Source: Oscillospiraceae bacterium (GTDB lineage: Bacteria > Bacillota > Clostridia > Oscillospirales > Ruminococcaceae). Taken from it: DNA of 46,660 bases. Below are positions 1 to 9,882 of this stretch, piece by piece. How positions within the stretch are numbered: the stretch's first letter is position 1; each line of letters begins with the position of its first letter. The stretch spans positions 1 to 46,660 of the forward strand of contig JALEQE010000102.1 in the NCBI GenBank assembly GCA_022766825.1, read 5' to 3'. A program made the position numbers and the translations under genes. Under the pieces are notes generated by a model. That model did not search any database, was not told where the DNA came from, and saw nothing but the letters and a program-made list of their open reading frames with translations.

Positions 1-208
1 CCGTACTTGAACTGCTGATTGCTGTCGAAACGTCAGAACTTGCACTTTCTACGCTTGAAACAGCTGAAGATACAACAGAACTTTCTGCGCTTGTTTCGCT
101 TGTTGAGGTTGACACAGATACCGCGTCTGAGTTTTCGCTTGCTTTACAACCCGAAAGCAAAATTGCAGAAATCAAAAAATTTGTTAAAATTCGTGCTTTT
201 TTCATCAT
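1..208 (-). CDS. 5' part of a Ser/Thr-rich lipoprotein, truncated by the window edge; paralog of 45949..46533
   Basis: Minus strand reads MMKKARILTNFLISAILLSGCKASENSDAVSVSTSTSETSAESS...; lipobox LSGC; RBS AAAGGA; near-identical to the + strand gene at 45949. Missing from the ORF track because it runs off the edge. Confidence 0.85.
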   Translation of the reverse strand, partial: MMKKARILTNFLISAILLSGCKASENSDAVSVSTSTSETSAESSVVSSAVSSVESASSDVSTAISSSST

Positions 209-283
209 TTTCTGTCCTTTTCAGTAAATTTTAAAAAATACGTTTTTTACCCAATTTCCAAAATAACGCTTAATTTAACGAGA

Positions 284-308
284 ATGTTATAACATTTCGT
301 TATAACAT
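284..308. promoter_or_regulatory. 25-bp palindromic operator-like site
   Basis: ATGTTATAAC-ATTTC-GTTATAACAT; identical (inverted) to 45849..45873. Confidence 0.65.
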
Positions 309-323
309 GGTGTTGTTAATCAA

Positions 324-352
324 ATTATACAAATTTCAAGTGATTTTGTCAA
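324..352 (-). promoter_or_regulatory. Sigma70/SigA promoter of the left lipoprotein copy
   Basis: TTGACA-17 nt-TATAAT on the minus strand. Confidence 0.8.
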
Positions 353-379
353 TAGTATAATAACGACAGCCGCCCTATT

Positions 380-1999
380 TTAATAACCCATAGCTTTCAG
401 CTCGTCGCGGGTGATACATTTTTCGTTGTTGTAAGCAAATCTCACAGCGGATTTTTTGTTGTACAGATACGAGATATTTCCGTTGTCATCTATTACATAT
501 TCTCCGCTGTCGGGGGCTATCCACAGCCACATTGCGTTGTCGCGGCTCATAAAGTCTATGTTGGGGAGCGTGTCGCAGGCGGTAACGGCAAGCATTTTTC
601 TGCCGCTTGCGGTATTCGAGGCGATTGCACCAAAACACCCCGCGAATGACGAGTCGGTTTTCTCGAAAAAACTCTGCCCTATCACATCAACATACTTATC
701 GCCGGGGTAATATTCAAAATCGCTGTTGTTCCATACCCAAATAAGATTTTTTATTCCGTTGTATTTTGTCAGCCGCAGAAAAATCAGTTTCCACAGGGAT
801 TTATAGCTTTCGCTGTCCTTTCCCCACCAGAACAGACCCGTATCACCGTCGGGGACAGGTTCAAAAAGAACGGGTATATCCGCGTCCTCAAGCTTTTTAA
901 GGGTTTCGGCGAGCTTGTCGATGTCGTAGAGCAATTCGGCGGCGTCCTGTGTAAGCAGGTCATTTTTAAGCTGAAGTTCTATCGCCGCGTTATCAAGCAG
1001 GGCAATCTCCGCCGCGTCCGCACCATCAAGAGCCGACTGAACGTCAAAGTCATTCGCACCCGTTCCGCGTATTGGATTGGGCGAATACCAATGCCACTTG
1101 TAAGCGCATATTCCACCGTTCTTGTCCCATTCCTCGGCAAGCGCTATGTCATTGTCTATCATTTCGGCGGCATAGGTTTCATCTTTCACCGCGGGCGCAA
1201 GTTCGCTTATCCGTATTGCGGGATAGCGTTGGGTTTCGCTGTAAACCGCGTTTATCTCTGCGTTTGTACCGCAGGAAACGTTCTGTGCGAGGAAAACAGC
1301 CTTGCCGTAATAATCCGACAACATATTGAATAGAGTTACCGTCCTGTTCGAGGCGTTCTCTGCAACAGGAACATTGCCCGTATTGTATACTTCCGTGCCG
1401 ACTTCGTCGGTGTTTTCCACAACGATACAGTCTATGTCCGCCGTTCCGCTTTCAACGGTAAGTTTCAGCGTGTTCATTCCAACGGACATATACAGATTAT
1501 CCACCGCAAACAGCTGATATTCAGAACCGCTCTCGTCGTTTTCGGTAATCGGCACGGAATACGACCCTACAACCGAGTCGCCGACATACAGCTTTATAGC
1601 CGCGCCCGTTGATGAGCGCGCCGATATGATAACGCGGTAAAACTGCGAACTTACAACGGTTGCCACCTGTTTCAGATACTGACCTTTTTTGAGTGTAACA
1701 AAACCGTCGTTGTCGGGGTTTTCAAGTTCGCCTTGTTCGTCTTTTGCCGTTCCGTTGAACGCGCCCTTTTCCGCCTCGTATTTTTTCACATAGCTTTGCT
1801 TTAAGACGGTATAATTGTTCACCGTATTCGTATCTGTGTTTTGCCTGCCGTTATCGCCGCTTGTGCTTTCGGAAGCGGAATTTCCCGTAAGACTGTCTGA
1901 TATATCAACCGCGTCGGGGATTTTTTCGCATCCGCACAGCATTGCCGCCGCAAGTATTATTGCCGTAAATTTAGTGTATTTTTTCATTCGATAAACCAC
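380..1999 (-). CDS. GH26 beta-mannanase-like lipoprotein with CBM35-like domain, probably catalytically inactive
   Basis: Lipobox LCGC; YEAE jelly-roll CBM; GH26 motifs WHW, FWWG, NLIWVWN, YPGDKYVDVIG; both catalytic Glu positions substituted. Start may be at MKKY (1987). Confidence 0.8.
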   Translation of the reverse strand: MVYRMKKYTKFTAIILAAAMLCGCEKIPDAVDISDSLTGNSASESTSGDNGRQNTDTNTVNNYTVLKQSYVKKYEAEKGAFNGTAKDEQGELENPDNDGFVTLKKGQYLKQVATVVSSQFYRVIISARSSTGAAIKLYVGDSVVGSYSVPITENDESGSEYQLFAVDNLYMSVGMNTLKLTVESGTADIDCIVVENTDEVGTEVYNTGNVPVAENASNRTVTLFNMLSDYYGKAVFLAQNVSCGTNAEINAVYSETQRYPAIRISELAPAVKDETYAAEMIDNDIALAEEWDKNGGICAYKWHWYSPNPIRGTGANDFDVQSALDGADAAEIALLDNAAIELQLKNDLLTQDAAELLYDIDKLAETLKKLEDADIPVLFEPVPDGDTGLFWWGKDSESYKSLWKLIFLRLTKYNGIKNLIWVWNNSDFEYYPGDKYVDVIGQSFFEKTDSSFAGCFGAIASNTASGRKMLAVTACDTLPNIDFMSRDNAMWLWIAPDSGEYVIDDNGNISYLYNKKSAVRFAYNNEKCITRDELKAMGY

Positions 2000-2012
2000 C
2001 GTCTGCGTTTTG

Positions 2013-2837
2013 TCATTCTCCGTATGCTATCTTAAGAGTGTTTCCGTCAACGGCAATTCCCGCGCTCAATGTAATCGGAAGTCTTTGCTCCGGCGAAAAG
2101 CCGATTGTTTCGCCGTCGTTTAAGGTAACGTCCTCCGAAAGCACGTAATTCGCCACGTCCGCCAGAAATCCCCGCATATCGTTTAAATCCGTGTTTTGGT
2201 CACGCGGAACATAAGTTTCCATTTCCTCTTTCTCGAAACGGCGCATTCCGTATGTATAAGCTCCGATTTGATTTTCGTCTCCGTATATTCCAAGACACAC
2301 AAGATTGAGTATCGGTATTTCACCGTATTTCATAGGCTCTGCGAAATCACAATACATTTCGGGCGAATAAACTGCGCCCTCGCTATATAAAGCAAGCGCG
2401 TTTTCTTGCTTTAACGCTGTCACTGTCAACTTTACAAACAGTTTTGCTTCTTCGATTATATCGAGACAGTCGCCCCAAATAATACTCACTACAAGCTGCG
2501 CTTTATGTTTCTTGACGATTTCCTCGCCGTCCCGCCACATAAAGTTCGCTTTCGCCCAATATTCCGCCTCGCCGTTAGGAACAGGCGCGTCGATAAATCC
2601 CACCATAACACGCATTCCTTGAACGACAGCATACAGCAGTTTATTTTCGTCTTCGGGATTTTCCGCCTCTTCGTCCTCGGAAATGACAATTCCCCATTCT
2701 TTTTTGAAGTCCTCAACAAACCGTTGTTTATCCCAATTCGGTTCGGACAGTAATACAAACCCCACAAAACTGCCGACTTTATTGTCGGGAATGGGCACAT
2801 TCTTGGTGTGATGCTCTTCTCTTTCGGAAATGCTCAT
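2013..2837 (-). CDS. DUF4261 domain protein
   Basis: SFVGFVLLS, YTYGMxxFxKxEME and YVLxxDVTLxDGETIG motifs; RBS GAGGAG before ATG at 2837. Confidence 0.75.
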   Translation of the reverse strand: MSISEREEHHTKNVPIPDNKVGSFVGFVLLSEPNWDKQRFVEDFKKEWGIVISEDEEAENPEDENKLLYAVVQGMRVMVGFIDAPVPNGEAEYWAKANFMWRDGEEIVKKHKAQLVVSIIWGDCLDIIEEAKLFVKLTVTALKQENALALYSEGAVYSPEMYCDFAEPMKYGEIPILNLVCLGIYGDENQIGAYTYGMRRFEKEEMETYVPRDQNTDLNDMRGFLADVANYVLSEDVTLNDGETIGFSPEQRLPITLSAGIAVDGNTLKIAYGE

Positions 2838-2848
2838 AGCAGTACTCC

Positions 2849-3511
2849 TCAATCCTTGATTTTAAGCGTTTTGCGTAATTCTTTTTCGGCGGAATTCATC
2901 ATAACCGTGAGTAATGTGTCGCCGCTTAAAAGCACGGTATTACCACGCGGGATAATGGTACGTCCGCCGCGGGAAATACAAGCTATGTTGCAGTTGTTCG
3001 GAATGGACAGCTGCGACAGGGGTTTTCCTTCAAGCGGGTAATTCTTCGGCAGTGTGATTTCCATAAGCGACGCTTCCTCGCCGTCAAGCTGCAGCAGGCG
3101 TTTCATAGCGGATAAGTCAACCTCGTGTTCCAACAGCTGAATGATGTTGTCGGTTGCCGAAATTACAATGTCCACGCCCAACTTTTTGAGAGCTTCGGCG
3201 TTTTTGGGATTGTTCACTTTCGCGATAGTCTTTTTCACACCAAATTTATTTTTTGCTATCTGACAGCACACCAGGTTGCTTTCGTCCTGTCCCATAACAG
3301 CGATAACGCAGTCTGCTTTATCTGCGTCGCAAGCCTCCAGCGCCTCAACGGTCGTACCGTTTCCGCAGGATATCTCCGCGTCGAGGTTATTTGCGCAATA
3401 ATGGCTTTGCTCTTTGTCGCGTTCTATCACTGTAACGGAATATCCGTGTTCCAACAATGTTTTCGCAAGATAAAATCCAACCTTGCCGCCGCCCACGATT
3501 ATTGCTCTCAT
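2849..3511 (-). CDS. trkA: TrkA/KtrA-family potassium uptake regulatory subunit (RCK_N + RCK_C)
   Basis: IIVGGGKVG Rossmann motif; IIPRGNTVLLSGD TrkA_C motif. Confidence 0.9.
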   Translation of the reverse strand: MRAIIVGGGKVGFYLAKTLLEHGYSVTVIERDKEQSHYCANNLDAEISCGNGTTVEALEACDADKADCVIAVMGQDESNLVCCQIAKNKFGVKKTIAKVNNPKNAEALKKLGVDIVISATDNIIQLLEHEVDLSAMKRLLQLDGEEASLMEITLPKNYPLEGKPLSQLSIPNNCNIACISRGGRTIIPRGNTVLLSGDTLLTVMMNSAEKELRKTLKIKD

Positions 3512-3528
3512 AATATTCCTCCCGTTAC

Positions 3529-4146
3529 TTACGATTTTTTGGCGAAAATCAGCTTGTCGCCTTCCATAAACGTCAGATCCTGACCACGGTACATAATAAA
3601 GCCTCCGTTTTTGTGCATAACTGCGAAAAGCATTTCTTCTTTTTCATATCTGATATCGTTTGGTGTTTTGGAAATAAATTCTTCCGGAACATCTATTGTA
3701 GAAAAATGCACCGTGTAATTTTCAAAATTGACTTCTATCCCGGTATCGTGTTCGTCGATAGCCGCGCACGCCGCTGTTACGGTAAGCTTTGTCGGGCAGA
3801 TTACGTTTACGCCCAGATTTTCAAATACATCGCCCTTTTTAATATCGGTTATCCGAGCAAATATCTTGGAAATATGGTATGTTTTTTGCGCAAGTTCCGA
3901 TACCATAATGTTCATATCGTCCTGAGAGGTTACTGCGAACAGTGCGTCGCAGGTTTCTATACCCGCGCGTTTAAGCACGTCAACGTCAATCGGCACGCCC
4001 GTTGTCGTAAATCCGCCGAAATCGGGCGACAGAGAGTCGAATTTCTCGGAACTTTTGTCTATTACCGAAACATCGTGTCCGCGCGCGTCAAGCGTATTCG
4101 CCAACGCCGAACCTACCATTCCGCAACCTATAATCAATATATTCAT
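3529..4146 (-). CDS. trkA: Second TrkA-family potassium uptake subunit
   Basis: MNILIIGCGMVG, AVTSQDDMN; start refined to ATG at 4146. Confidence 0.85.
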   Translation of the reverse strand: MNILIIGCGMVGSALANTLDARGHDVSVIDKSSEKFDSLSPDFGGFTTTGVPIDVDVLKRAGIETCDALFAVTSQDDMNIMVSELAQKTYHISKIFARITDIKKGDVFENLGVNVICPTKLTVTAACAAIDEHDTGIEVNFENYTVHFSTIDVPEEFISKTPNDIRYEKEEMLFAVMHKNGGFIMYRGQDLTFMEGDKLIFAKKS

Positions 4147-4174
4147 AACATCATCTCCGAATTTTACAAGATAG

Positions 4175-5542
4175 CTATTTTCCAACGCAAAACCGTTTGA
4201 ACACTTCGTTTATCACTTCGTCCGAGGTGCGTTTGCCCGAAAGCTCGTAAACAGCGTTAAGCGCGCGTTCCAATTCCACGCCGATAACATCGGGAGTAAC
4301 GCCCGTTTGAACAGCCGCAAGAGCGTTGCTTACAGCGTCCGCCGCCTCGATAACGCACGCCCGCTGACGTTCGTTCGCGAGAAATCCCGCGGAAGCGTTC
4401 AGTTTACCCAGATTTAATCGCTCCGAAATCTCTTTTCCCAAATGCTCCGCAAAATTTTCGTCTTTTGCCGATACTACAAGCGGTTCTCCCAATCTGTTCT
4501 TTATTTCGGACACATCGAGTTTTGTTTCAAGGTCGCTTTTGTTGACAATCGGTATGACGGTTTTACCGTTAAGCTGTGTGAACAGTCGTCTGTCCTCTTC
4601 GCCGAGTTCTCTCGAACCGTCGAACACCGCCAACACAATATCCGCGCTTTTCAGCTTTTCAAGCATTATTTCAACGCCGATTTTCTCGACTTCGTCATCG
4701 GTTTCGCGAATACCCGCGCAGTCGGAAAGCAACAACACCGCGCCGTTAAGATTTACGGTTTCCTCAACGACATCTCGCGTTGTTCCCGCAATATCGCTGA
4801 CGATACTTCGGCGAACTCCCGAAAGCGCGTTCATTATCGTGGATTTCCCGACATTCGGTTTGCCCACGATTGCGCACGAAATTCCCTCGCGTATCATTCT
4901 TCCCGTATCATAACCCGCAAGCAGACTGTCAAGCTCCGTTTTCACTTCGCCGATACGTTCATTGAGCCACTCTTCGGTAACAACGGGCGTATCGTCCTCG
5001 GGATAGTCGATCCACGCGGAAATCTGCGCGGAAACGTCCATTATCTTGTCGGCGATTATTTCCGCTCGGCGATAAAGCGCGCCCTCCCGCTGACTGTTGG
5101 AACAAGCGAGTATCTGTTCACCCTGCGCCGAAATTAAATCCGCGACAGCCTCGGCTTGCGTAAGCGACATTTTACCGTTAAGCAAGGCGCGTTTTGTGAA
5201 CTCACCCGCCGCTGCGGGGGACGCTCCCGCTTTGAGACAAGCCGTCATAACGCGCCGTGTAACATATATTCCGCCGTGGCAGGATATTTCGCAAACGTCC
5301 TCGCCCGTGTAAGAGTGCGGTGCTTTGAAAACCAACAGCACGCCGTCGTCAAGCCGCTCGCCGCCGTCATATATCTTGCCGTAAGCCGCCGTGTAGCCTT
5401 TCATATCGCGTATCGATTTCCCCGAAACGGGTTTGAAAACCTTTTCCGCGATTTCAAGCGATTTTTCGCCCGATATTCGCACAACGGAAATCCCCCCGAC
5501 AGCGGCGGGCGTTGCTATTGCGCATATTGTTTCAGAACCCAT
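4175..5542 (-). CDS. mnmE: tRNA modification GTPase MnmE (TrmE)
   Basis: TICAIATP, SYTGEDVCEISCHGG, GKPNVGKS, GTTRD, C-terminal FCVGK. Confidence 0.97.
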   Translation of the reverse strand: MGSETICAIATPAAVGGISVVRISGEKSLEIAEKVFKPVSGKSIRDMKGYTAAYGKIYDGGERLDDGVLLVFKAPHSYTGEDVCEISCHGGIYVTRRVMTACLKAGASPAAAGEFTKRALLNGKMSLTQAEAVADLISAQGEQILACSNSQREGALYRRAEIIADKIMDVSAQISAWIDYPEDDTPVVTEEWLNERIGEVKTELDSLLAGYDTGRMIREGISCAIVGKPNVGKSTIMNALSGVRRSIVSDIAGTTRDVVEETVNLNGAVLLLSDCAGIRETDDEVEKIGVEIMLEKLKSADIVLAVFDGSRELGEEDRRLFTQLNGKTVIPIVNKSDLETKLDVSEIKNRLGEPLVVSAKDENFAEHLGKEISERLNLGKLNASAGFLANERQRACVIEAADAVSNALAAVQTGVTPDVIGVELERALNAVYELSGKRTSDEVINEVFKRFCVGK

Positions 5543-5560
5543 TTCTTCACCTCGCACGAA

Positions 5561-7897
5561 TTATTTCTTTCCGAACAATCTTCCGAAAAAGCCTTTTTTT
5601 GTTGGCTTTGAAGTTTCGGCAACATCTTCGGATTTTTCTGTTTTTTCCTGATTAGTCGGCTCAGAATCCGAAAACTCTTTTTCAGCCGCCTCTTCGTAAT
5701 CGTCGGAAAGGATGCCCATAAGAATAGGCTTTTTCTTAAATTCCTCGCCAATGTCGTTAAGCAAATAAGTATATGTCCGCGACGGTTTTTCGATTTCATA
5801 ATCCGACAGCTTTTCGCATTTCAGAACGTCTTCCAGTTTTTCCGCCATACGTTCCGAAACAGATGCCGCCGCGCCCTCGTAATACTCCTCGCATGCGATA
5901 TTGTATTCCTCGGCGGGATTTTTGCCCGCAATCTGAGTTAAGTGTATTCCCTCACGAAGATAAGTCGTGTAGTCGAGGTAATCGCTCCAAAATTCGTTGA
6001 GCAAAGCCGCCAGAATACGGTTTTGTTCTTCCTGCAAATCCTTTTCGGGGAACTTTTCGAGAGCCTTTTCATACAATTCGGGCGCGTCCTTTTGCCAGAA
6101 CTCGCTGTTATAATTGCCGTCAAGCAGGGAGTTACGCCGCTTAAACGTTACATCACGGTGCTTTTCACCAATCATTGTGTATTTCATAAGCTGAACACGC
6201 TCGTCAAAAGCGTTGTTCTCGACAATACGCTGAACACGTTCCGCTTCACGCAGTAAAACCTTGTCCGCGAGAACGCCCTCTGATTTCTCCGTGGGATAAT
6301 GCCGCCCCGCAAGACCTTTCAAGCCGTTGTTCACAAAAATTGGGTCGTCAAGCGCGGCAAACACGCGGCTTTCGCCGACGTCGCCCTGACGTCCCGCGCG
6401 CCCGCGCAGCTGCATTGTAATACGGGAACTTTCACGCAGAGAAGTCGCAATCACAAGCAGTCCGCCCACGCTCACCACAAAATCCTTGTCGGAGCAGTCC
6501 GCGCCGCCAAGCTTAATGTCAACGCCGCGCCCTGCCATATTCGTTGAAATAGTGACCGCTCCGCGTTCGCCCGCTTTCGCGATAATCTCCGCTTCCTTTG
6601 TGTCGTTTTTCGCGTTCAGAACGGCGCATTTTATTCCAAGCTTTTCGAGGTCGGCGGCAATGCTTTCGCTTTCCTCAATGCTTTCACTTCCGACAAGCAC
6701 GGGGCGTTCAACGTCCGCCGCGTCTTTTATCGCCGCAAGTATGGCGCGGCGTTTTTCCTCGCGGTCATAGTACAGTTCAAGCGGGTGGTCTGTTCTAACG
6801 GTGGGAAGTCTTGTCGGAATAACGGTTGTGGTTATGCCGTAAATCTTCTCGAACTCTTCGCGCGACTGTTCCGCTGTGCCCGTCATTCCCGACAGCTTTG
6901 GATAAAGCCGAACGTAATATTGCAAAGCAATACTGCCCATTATACGTCCGCGGGACGAAATGGAAAGTCCGTGCTTTGCCTCAACCGCCGCCTGCAAATC
7001 GCCCGGGAACACCCGTCCGGGCGCGGCTCTTCCCGTAAACTCGTCAATCAGTACTATATGCCCGTCTTTTACAATATAGTCGTTGTCTTCTTTGAGAATA
7101 TCGCGCGCCTTGATACACGCGCATATTTTCGCGAGCAAGGTTTCGTTTCCCTCGGCGTACAAATCACAGCCGAATATTTCCTCCGCCTTATCCGCGCCCT
7201 CGTCCGTCAGATAAGCGTTGCGAGATTCCTCATCAACGTCAAAGCAGCTCTCATCGAGAGCCGCCGCTTTTTTATAGACTTCCGCCGTATCGCCGCTTTC
7301 GCGCACGGAAACATCACCCGCAATCACAAGCGGGATTCTCGCTTCATCAATAAGAATACTGTCCGCCTCGTCAACAATAGCGAAATTCAGTTTTTCGGGG
7401 AAATACGGCTTTTCATCGAAAAGAACAAAACTCCTCAGATAGTCAAAGCCCGCCTCTTTCGCCGTTGTGTACAAAACCTGACATTTGTATAACTCGCGCC
7501 TTTCCTCTTTGGGAACATTTTCCGTGATACAGCCGACAGACACACCCATTTCATCGTAAATGGGTTTCATCCATTCAAAGTCGCGCCGCGCCAGATAATC
7601 GTTGAACGTGAGAATATGTGTTTGACCGCCGCCGAGAGCTTCGGCGCACGCCGCGAAAACAGCGCATAGCGTTTTTCCTTCGCCCGTCTGCATTTGGACC
7701 ATTTCTCCGCGCGACAGTGCGAAAGCCGCCGCAAGCTGTTCATCAAACGGAATTATACCGAGCGTTTTCTGAACCGCTCGGTATACCCGTGCAAAAATTT
7801 CCTCAGTCGTGTTTCCGTCATATTTTCCGCTTTCCGCAAGCGACTTGACGGCCGCGACAGCCGCTGTGTTGTTCAATATTTCCTCCGTATGGGACAA
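5561..7897 (-). CDS. secA2: Accessory SecA paralog (SecA2-like translocase ATPase)
   Basis: [47 protein letters not shown]; 778 aa; the canonical secA is at 31855; TTG start uncertain. Confidence 0.88.
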   Translation of the reverse strand: MSHTEEILNNTAAVAAVKSLAESGKYDGNTTEEIFARVYRAVQKTLGIIPFDEQLAAAFALSRGEMVQMQTGEGKTLCAVFAACAEALGGGQTHILTFNDYLARRDFEWMKPIYDEMGVSVGCITENVPKEERRELYKCQVLYTTAKEAGFDYLRSFVLFDEKPYFPEKLNFAIVDEADSILIDEARIPLVIAGDVSVRESGDTAEVYKKAAALDESCFDVDEESRNAYLTDEGADKAEEIFGCDLYAEGNETLLAKICACIKARDILKEDNDYIVKDGHIVLIDEFTGRAAPGRVFPGDLQAAVEAKHGLSISSRGRIMGSIALQYYVRLYPKLSGMTGTAEQSREEFEKIYGITTTVIPTRLPTVRTDHPLELYYDREEKRRAILAAIKDAADVERPVLVGSESIEESESIAADLEKLGIKCAVLNAKNDTKEAEIIAKAGERGAVTISTNMAGRGVDIKLGGADCSDKDFVVSVGGLLVIATSLRESSRITMQLRGRAGRQGDVGESRVFAALDDPIFVNNGLKGLAGRHYPTEKSEGVLADKVLLREAERVQRIVENNAFDERVQLMKYTMIGEKHRDVTFKRRNSLLDGNYNSEFWQKDAPELYEKALEKFPEKDLQEEQNRILAALLNEFWSDYLDYTTYLREGIHLTQIAGKNPAEEYNIACEEYYEGAAASVSERMAEKLEDVLKCEKLSDYEIEKPSRTYTYLLNDIGEEFKKKPILMGILSDDYEEAAEKEFSDSEPTNQEKTEKSEDVAETSKPTKKGFFGRLFGKK

Positions 7898-7903
7898 CCC
7901 CGT

Positions 7904-7937
7904 GCAATCGAATCACAATAATTATAAGGTGTTGCCT
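7904..7937 (-). mobile_element. Truncated end of the MITE-like repeat family
   Basis: Reverse complement aggcaacaccttataattattgtgattcgattgc matches the left end of the 15567 copy. Confidence 0.7.
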
Positions 7938-8470
7938 TAGCTTATTTTGCGCACGCTTTTCTTCGCCTTGCTTATTAAATAAAGCAATTCCGAACCTTGA
8001 TTTTCAAGCCACCTTGTTACGGTACGTGTTGTCTGTCCGCTTTTGGACATTTCGCACAACCGCTCAAAGCTGACCCATTTCGCCGCGCACACTTCTATAT
8101 CCTGCAGACGGAGTTCCGACAGCGGAACGTCTTTAATAAGAACGTAAAAATCCCGCAGCATACCGTCTGTTGTAAGCGTCCATTCCAGAGAAAGCTCACT
8201 TTCATCGGCAACTATTCCCGTTTCTTCATACAATTCGCGGCGTGCGGCGTCTTTTCCCGTTTCGCCCGCCACGGCACAGCCGCCCGAACATTCCCACTTG
8301 CCGCCGCTTGTCTTTTCAGGAACGCGTTGAGTAAGAAGTATCTCGCCGCTGTGATTTATTGTCATTACCTGCACTACAATATGATATTCTCCCCGCGGAA
8401 TGGGAACGCCTCTCATAATCTTTTTTCCGAGAGGTTTCCTATTCACGGTGTAGAGATCAAAGAACTCCAT
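7937..8470 (-). CDS. Nudix hydrolase
   Basis: Nudix box GGCAVAGETGKDAARRELYEETGI; ATG overlaps the upstream stop (TAATG). Confidence 0.9.
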   Translation of the reverse strand: MEFFDLYTVNRKPLGKKIMRGVPIPRGEYHIVVQVMTINHSGEILLTQRVPEKTSGGKWECSGGCAVAGETGKDAARRELYEETGIVADESELSLEWTLTTDGMLRDFYVLIKDVPLSELRLQDIEVCAAKWVSFERLCEMSKSGQTTRTVTRWLENQGSELLYLISKAKKSVRKIS

Positions 8471-9663
8471 TATATGCTTTTTGCTCCGTTTTTGAGATTC
8501 TTTTCGATAAGAGCGCAGCGCTGCTTTACGCAATCAACGGAACGGTGCGGATCTTCGGGTGTGTTGAATGTGTAGTCCATCAGCTTTTCGATGGTTGTTG
8601 AAGCAACGTGAAGTCTTGTGTCGGAAGACGCATAGTAGATATAAACATTATCATCTTTAACAATGCAGCCGTTTGTGAACGCAACGTTGGAAACATCGCC
8701 TACGCGCTCATATCCGTGGGGCGCGATAAACAATCCGCTCGGAGAAGCGATAAGCTTGGACGGATCGTTGAGATCGGTCGCAAATACATAAATTACATAA
8801 CGCAAGCCCGCCGCCGTGTTTCTTACGCCGTGCGCGATATGGATCCAACCCTTCGGGGTCTTTATCGGAACTGCGCCCGCGCCGTTCTTGACTTCCGTAA
8901 GAGTGTGATAAACTCTCGGAGAAATAACCTTTTCTTCCGTGCAGAGTACGGGATTTGTAATATCGTCGCAAAGAGCGAAACAAATTCCTCCGCCGCTGCC
9001 CGTTGAAATGAAGTCGTCCTGCGGACGGGTATAGAAAGCGTATTTGCCGTTTACAAATTCGGGGTGCAGGCAAACGTTGCGCTGTTGCGGTGATTTTGAA
9101 ATAAGGTTGGGCAGACGCTCCCAGGTAACAAGGTCTTTTGTGCGAACGATACCAGCCTGCGCAACCGCCGCGGAAAGGTCGTTGGAGGTCGTATCCTTGC
9201 TCTCGGAGCAGAATACGCCGTAAATCCAGCCGTCCTCGTGCTGTGTAACACGCATATCGTATACGTTTGTTTCTTCGGGGCAGGTGTCGGGGAGAACAAT
9301 AGGATAATCGCGGAACTTAAAGCCCTCTGTCGGCTTGTCGCTCTCCGCAACAGCGAAAAAGCTCTTTCTGTCAGAGCCCTCAACACGCGCGATAAGGCAG
9401 TATTTGCCGTTCAAATAAATCGCGCCCGAGTTCATAACAGCATTAACGCCCAAACGCTCCTGCAAATTGGGGTTATCGTCATAGCTCAGATCGTATCTCC
9501 AGAGAAGCGGAGCGTGGGCCGCCGTGAGAACAGGGTGCTCGTAACGGTCATAAACGCCGTTGTAAAAGCTCTCCTTCTTGGGGTTGGGGCGGTTGATCAG
9601 CAACTCCTGCTGACGGGTGAGAACAGCAAGCTGCTCGTTCCATTGTTCTTTTGTGAATGCCAT
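8470..9663 (-). CDS. GH130 4-O-beta-D-mannosyl-D-glucose phosphorylase
   Basis: [13 protein letters not shown], [17 protein letters not shown], [24 protein letters not shown] motifs. Confidence 0.9.
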   Translation of the reverse strand: MAFTKEQWNEQLAVLTRQQELLINRPNPKKESFYNGVYDRYEHPVLTAAHAPLLWRYDLSYDDNPNLQERLGVNAVMNSGAIYLNGKYCLIARVEGSDRKSFFAVAESDKPTEGFKFRDYPIVLPDTCPEETNVYDMRVTQHEDGWIYGVFCSESKDTTSNDLSAAVAQAGIVRTKDLVTWERLPNLISKSPQQRNVCLHPEFVNGKYAFYTRPQDDFISTGSGGGICFALCDDITNPVLCTEEKVISPRVYHTLTEVKNGAGAVPIKTPKGWIHIAHGVRNTAAGLRYVIYVFATDLNDPSKLIASPSGLFIAPHGYERVGDVSNVAFTNGCIVKDDNVYIYYASSDTRLHVASTTIEKLMDYTFNTPEDPHRSVDCVKQRCALIEKNLKNGAKSI

Positions 9664-9791
9664 AATAATAAATTCCTTTCATATAAAATAATAAAAAACA
9701 ATATCATAGTATATTATATCATATTATTGAACAAATTTCAAGCACTTTTGTTAATAATGGCACAATTTAATCTTCGATCTGAGTTTTATAA

Positions 9792-9820
9792 TTGACAACG
9801 GAATAAAAACGTTGTATAAT
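9792..9820 (+). promoter_or_regulatory. Sigma70/SigA promoter of the HAD gene
   Basis: TTGACA-17-TATAAT. Confidence 0.75.
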
Positions 9821-9882
9821 TGATTGTGGGAAAAACAGGAAATGTTTTCCCGTAAAACTGCTTTGACAAAGGTGGAAACTTA

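Larger units (their letters stand above)
1..355. repeat. Left arm of a long inverted repeat (partner 45801..46165)
   Basis: Reverse complement of 1..355 aligns by eye with 45801..46165; differences are mostly in the promoter region, plus one 9-bp indel. Confidence 0.97.

Noticed and set aside
19-234. 71-aa + strand ORF, its twin at 45923..46147 (-), and 45930..46451 (-)
   Set aside because: Antisense shadows of the lipoprotein genes; their similarity only reflects the inverted repeat
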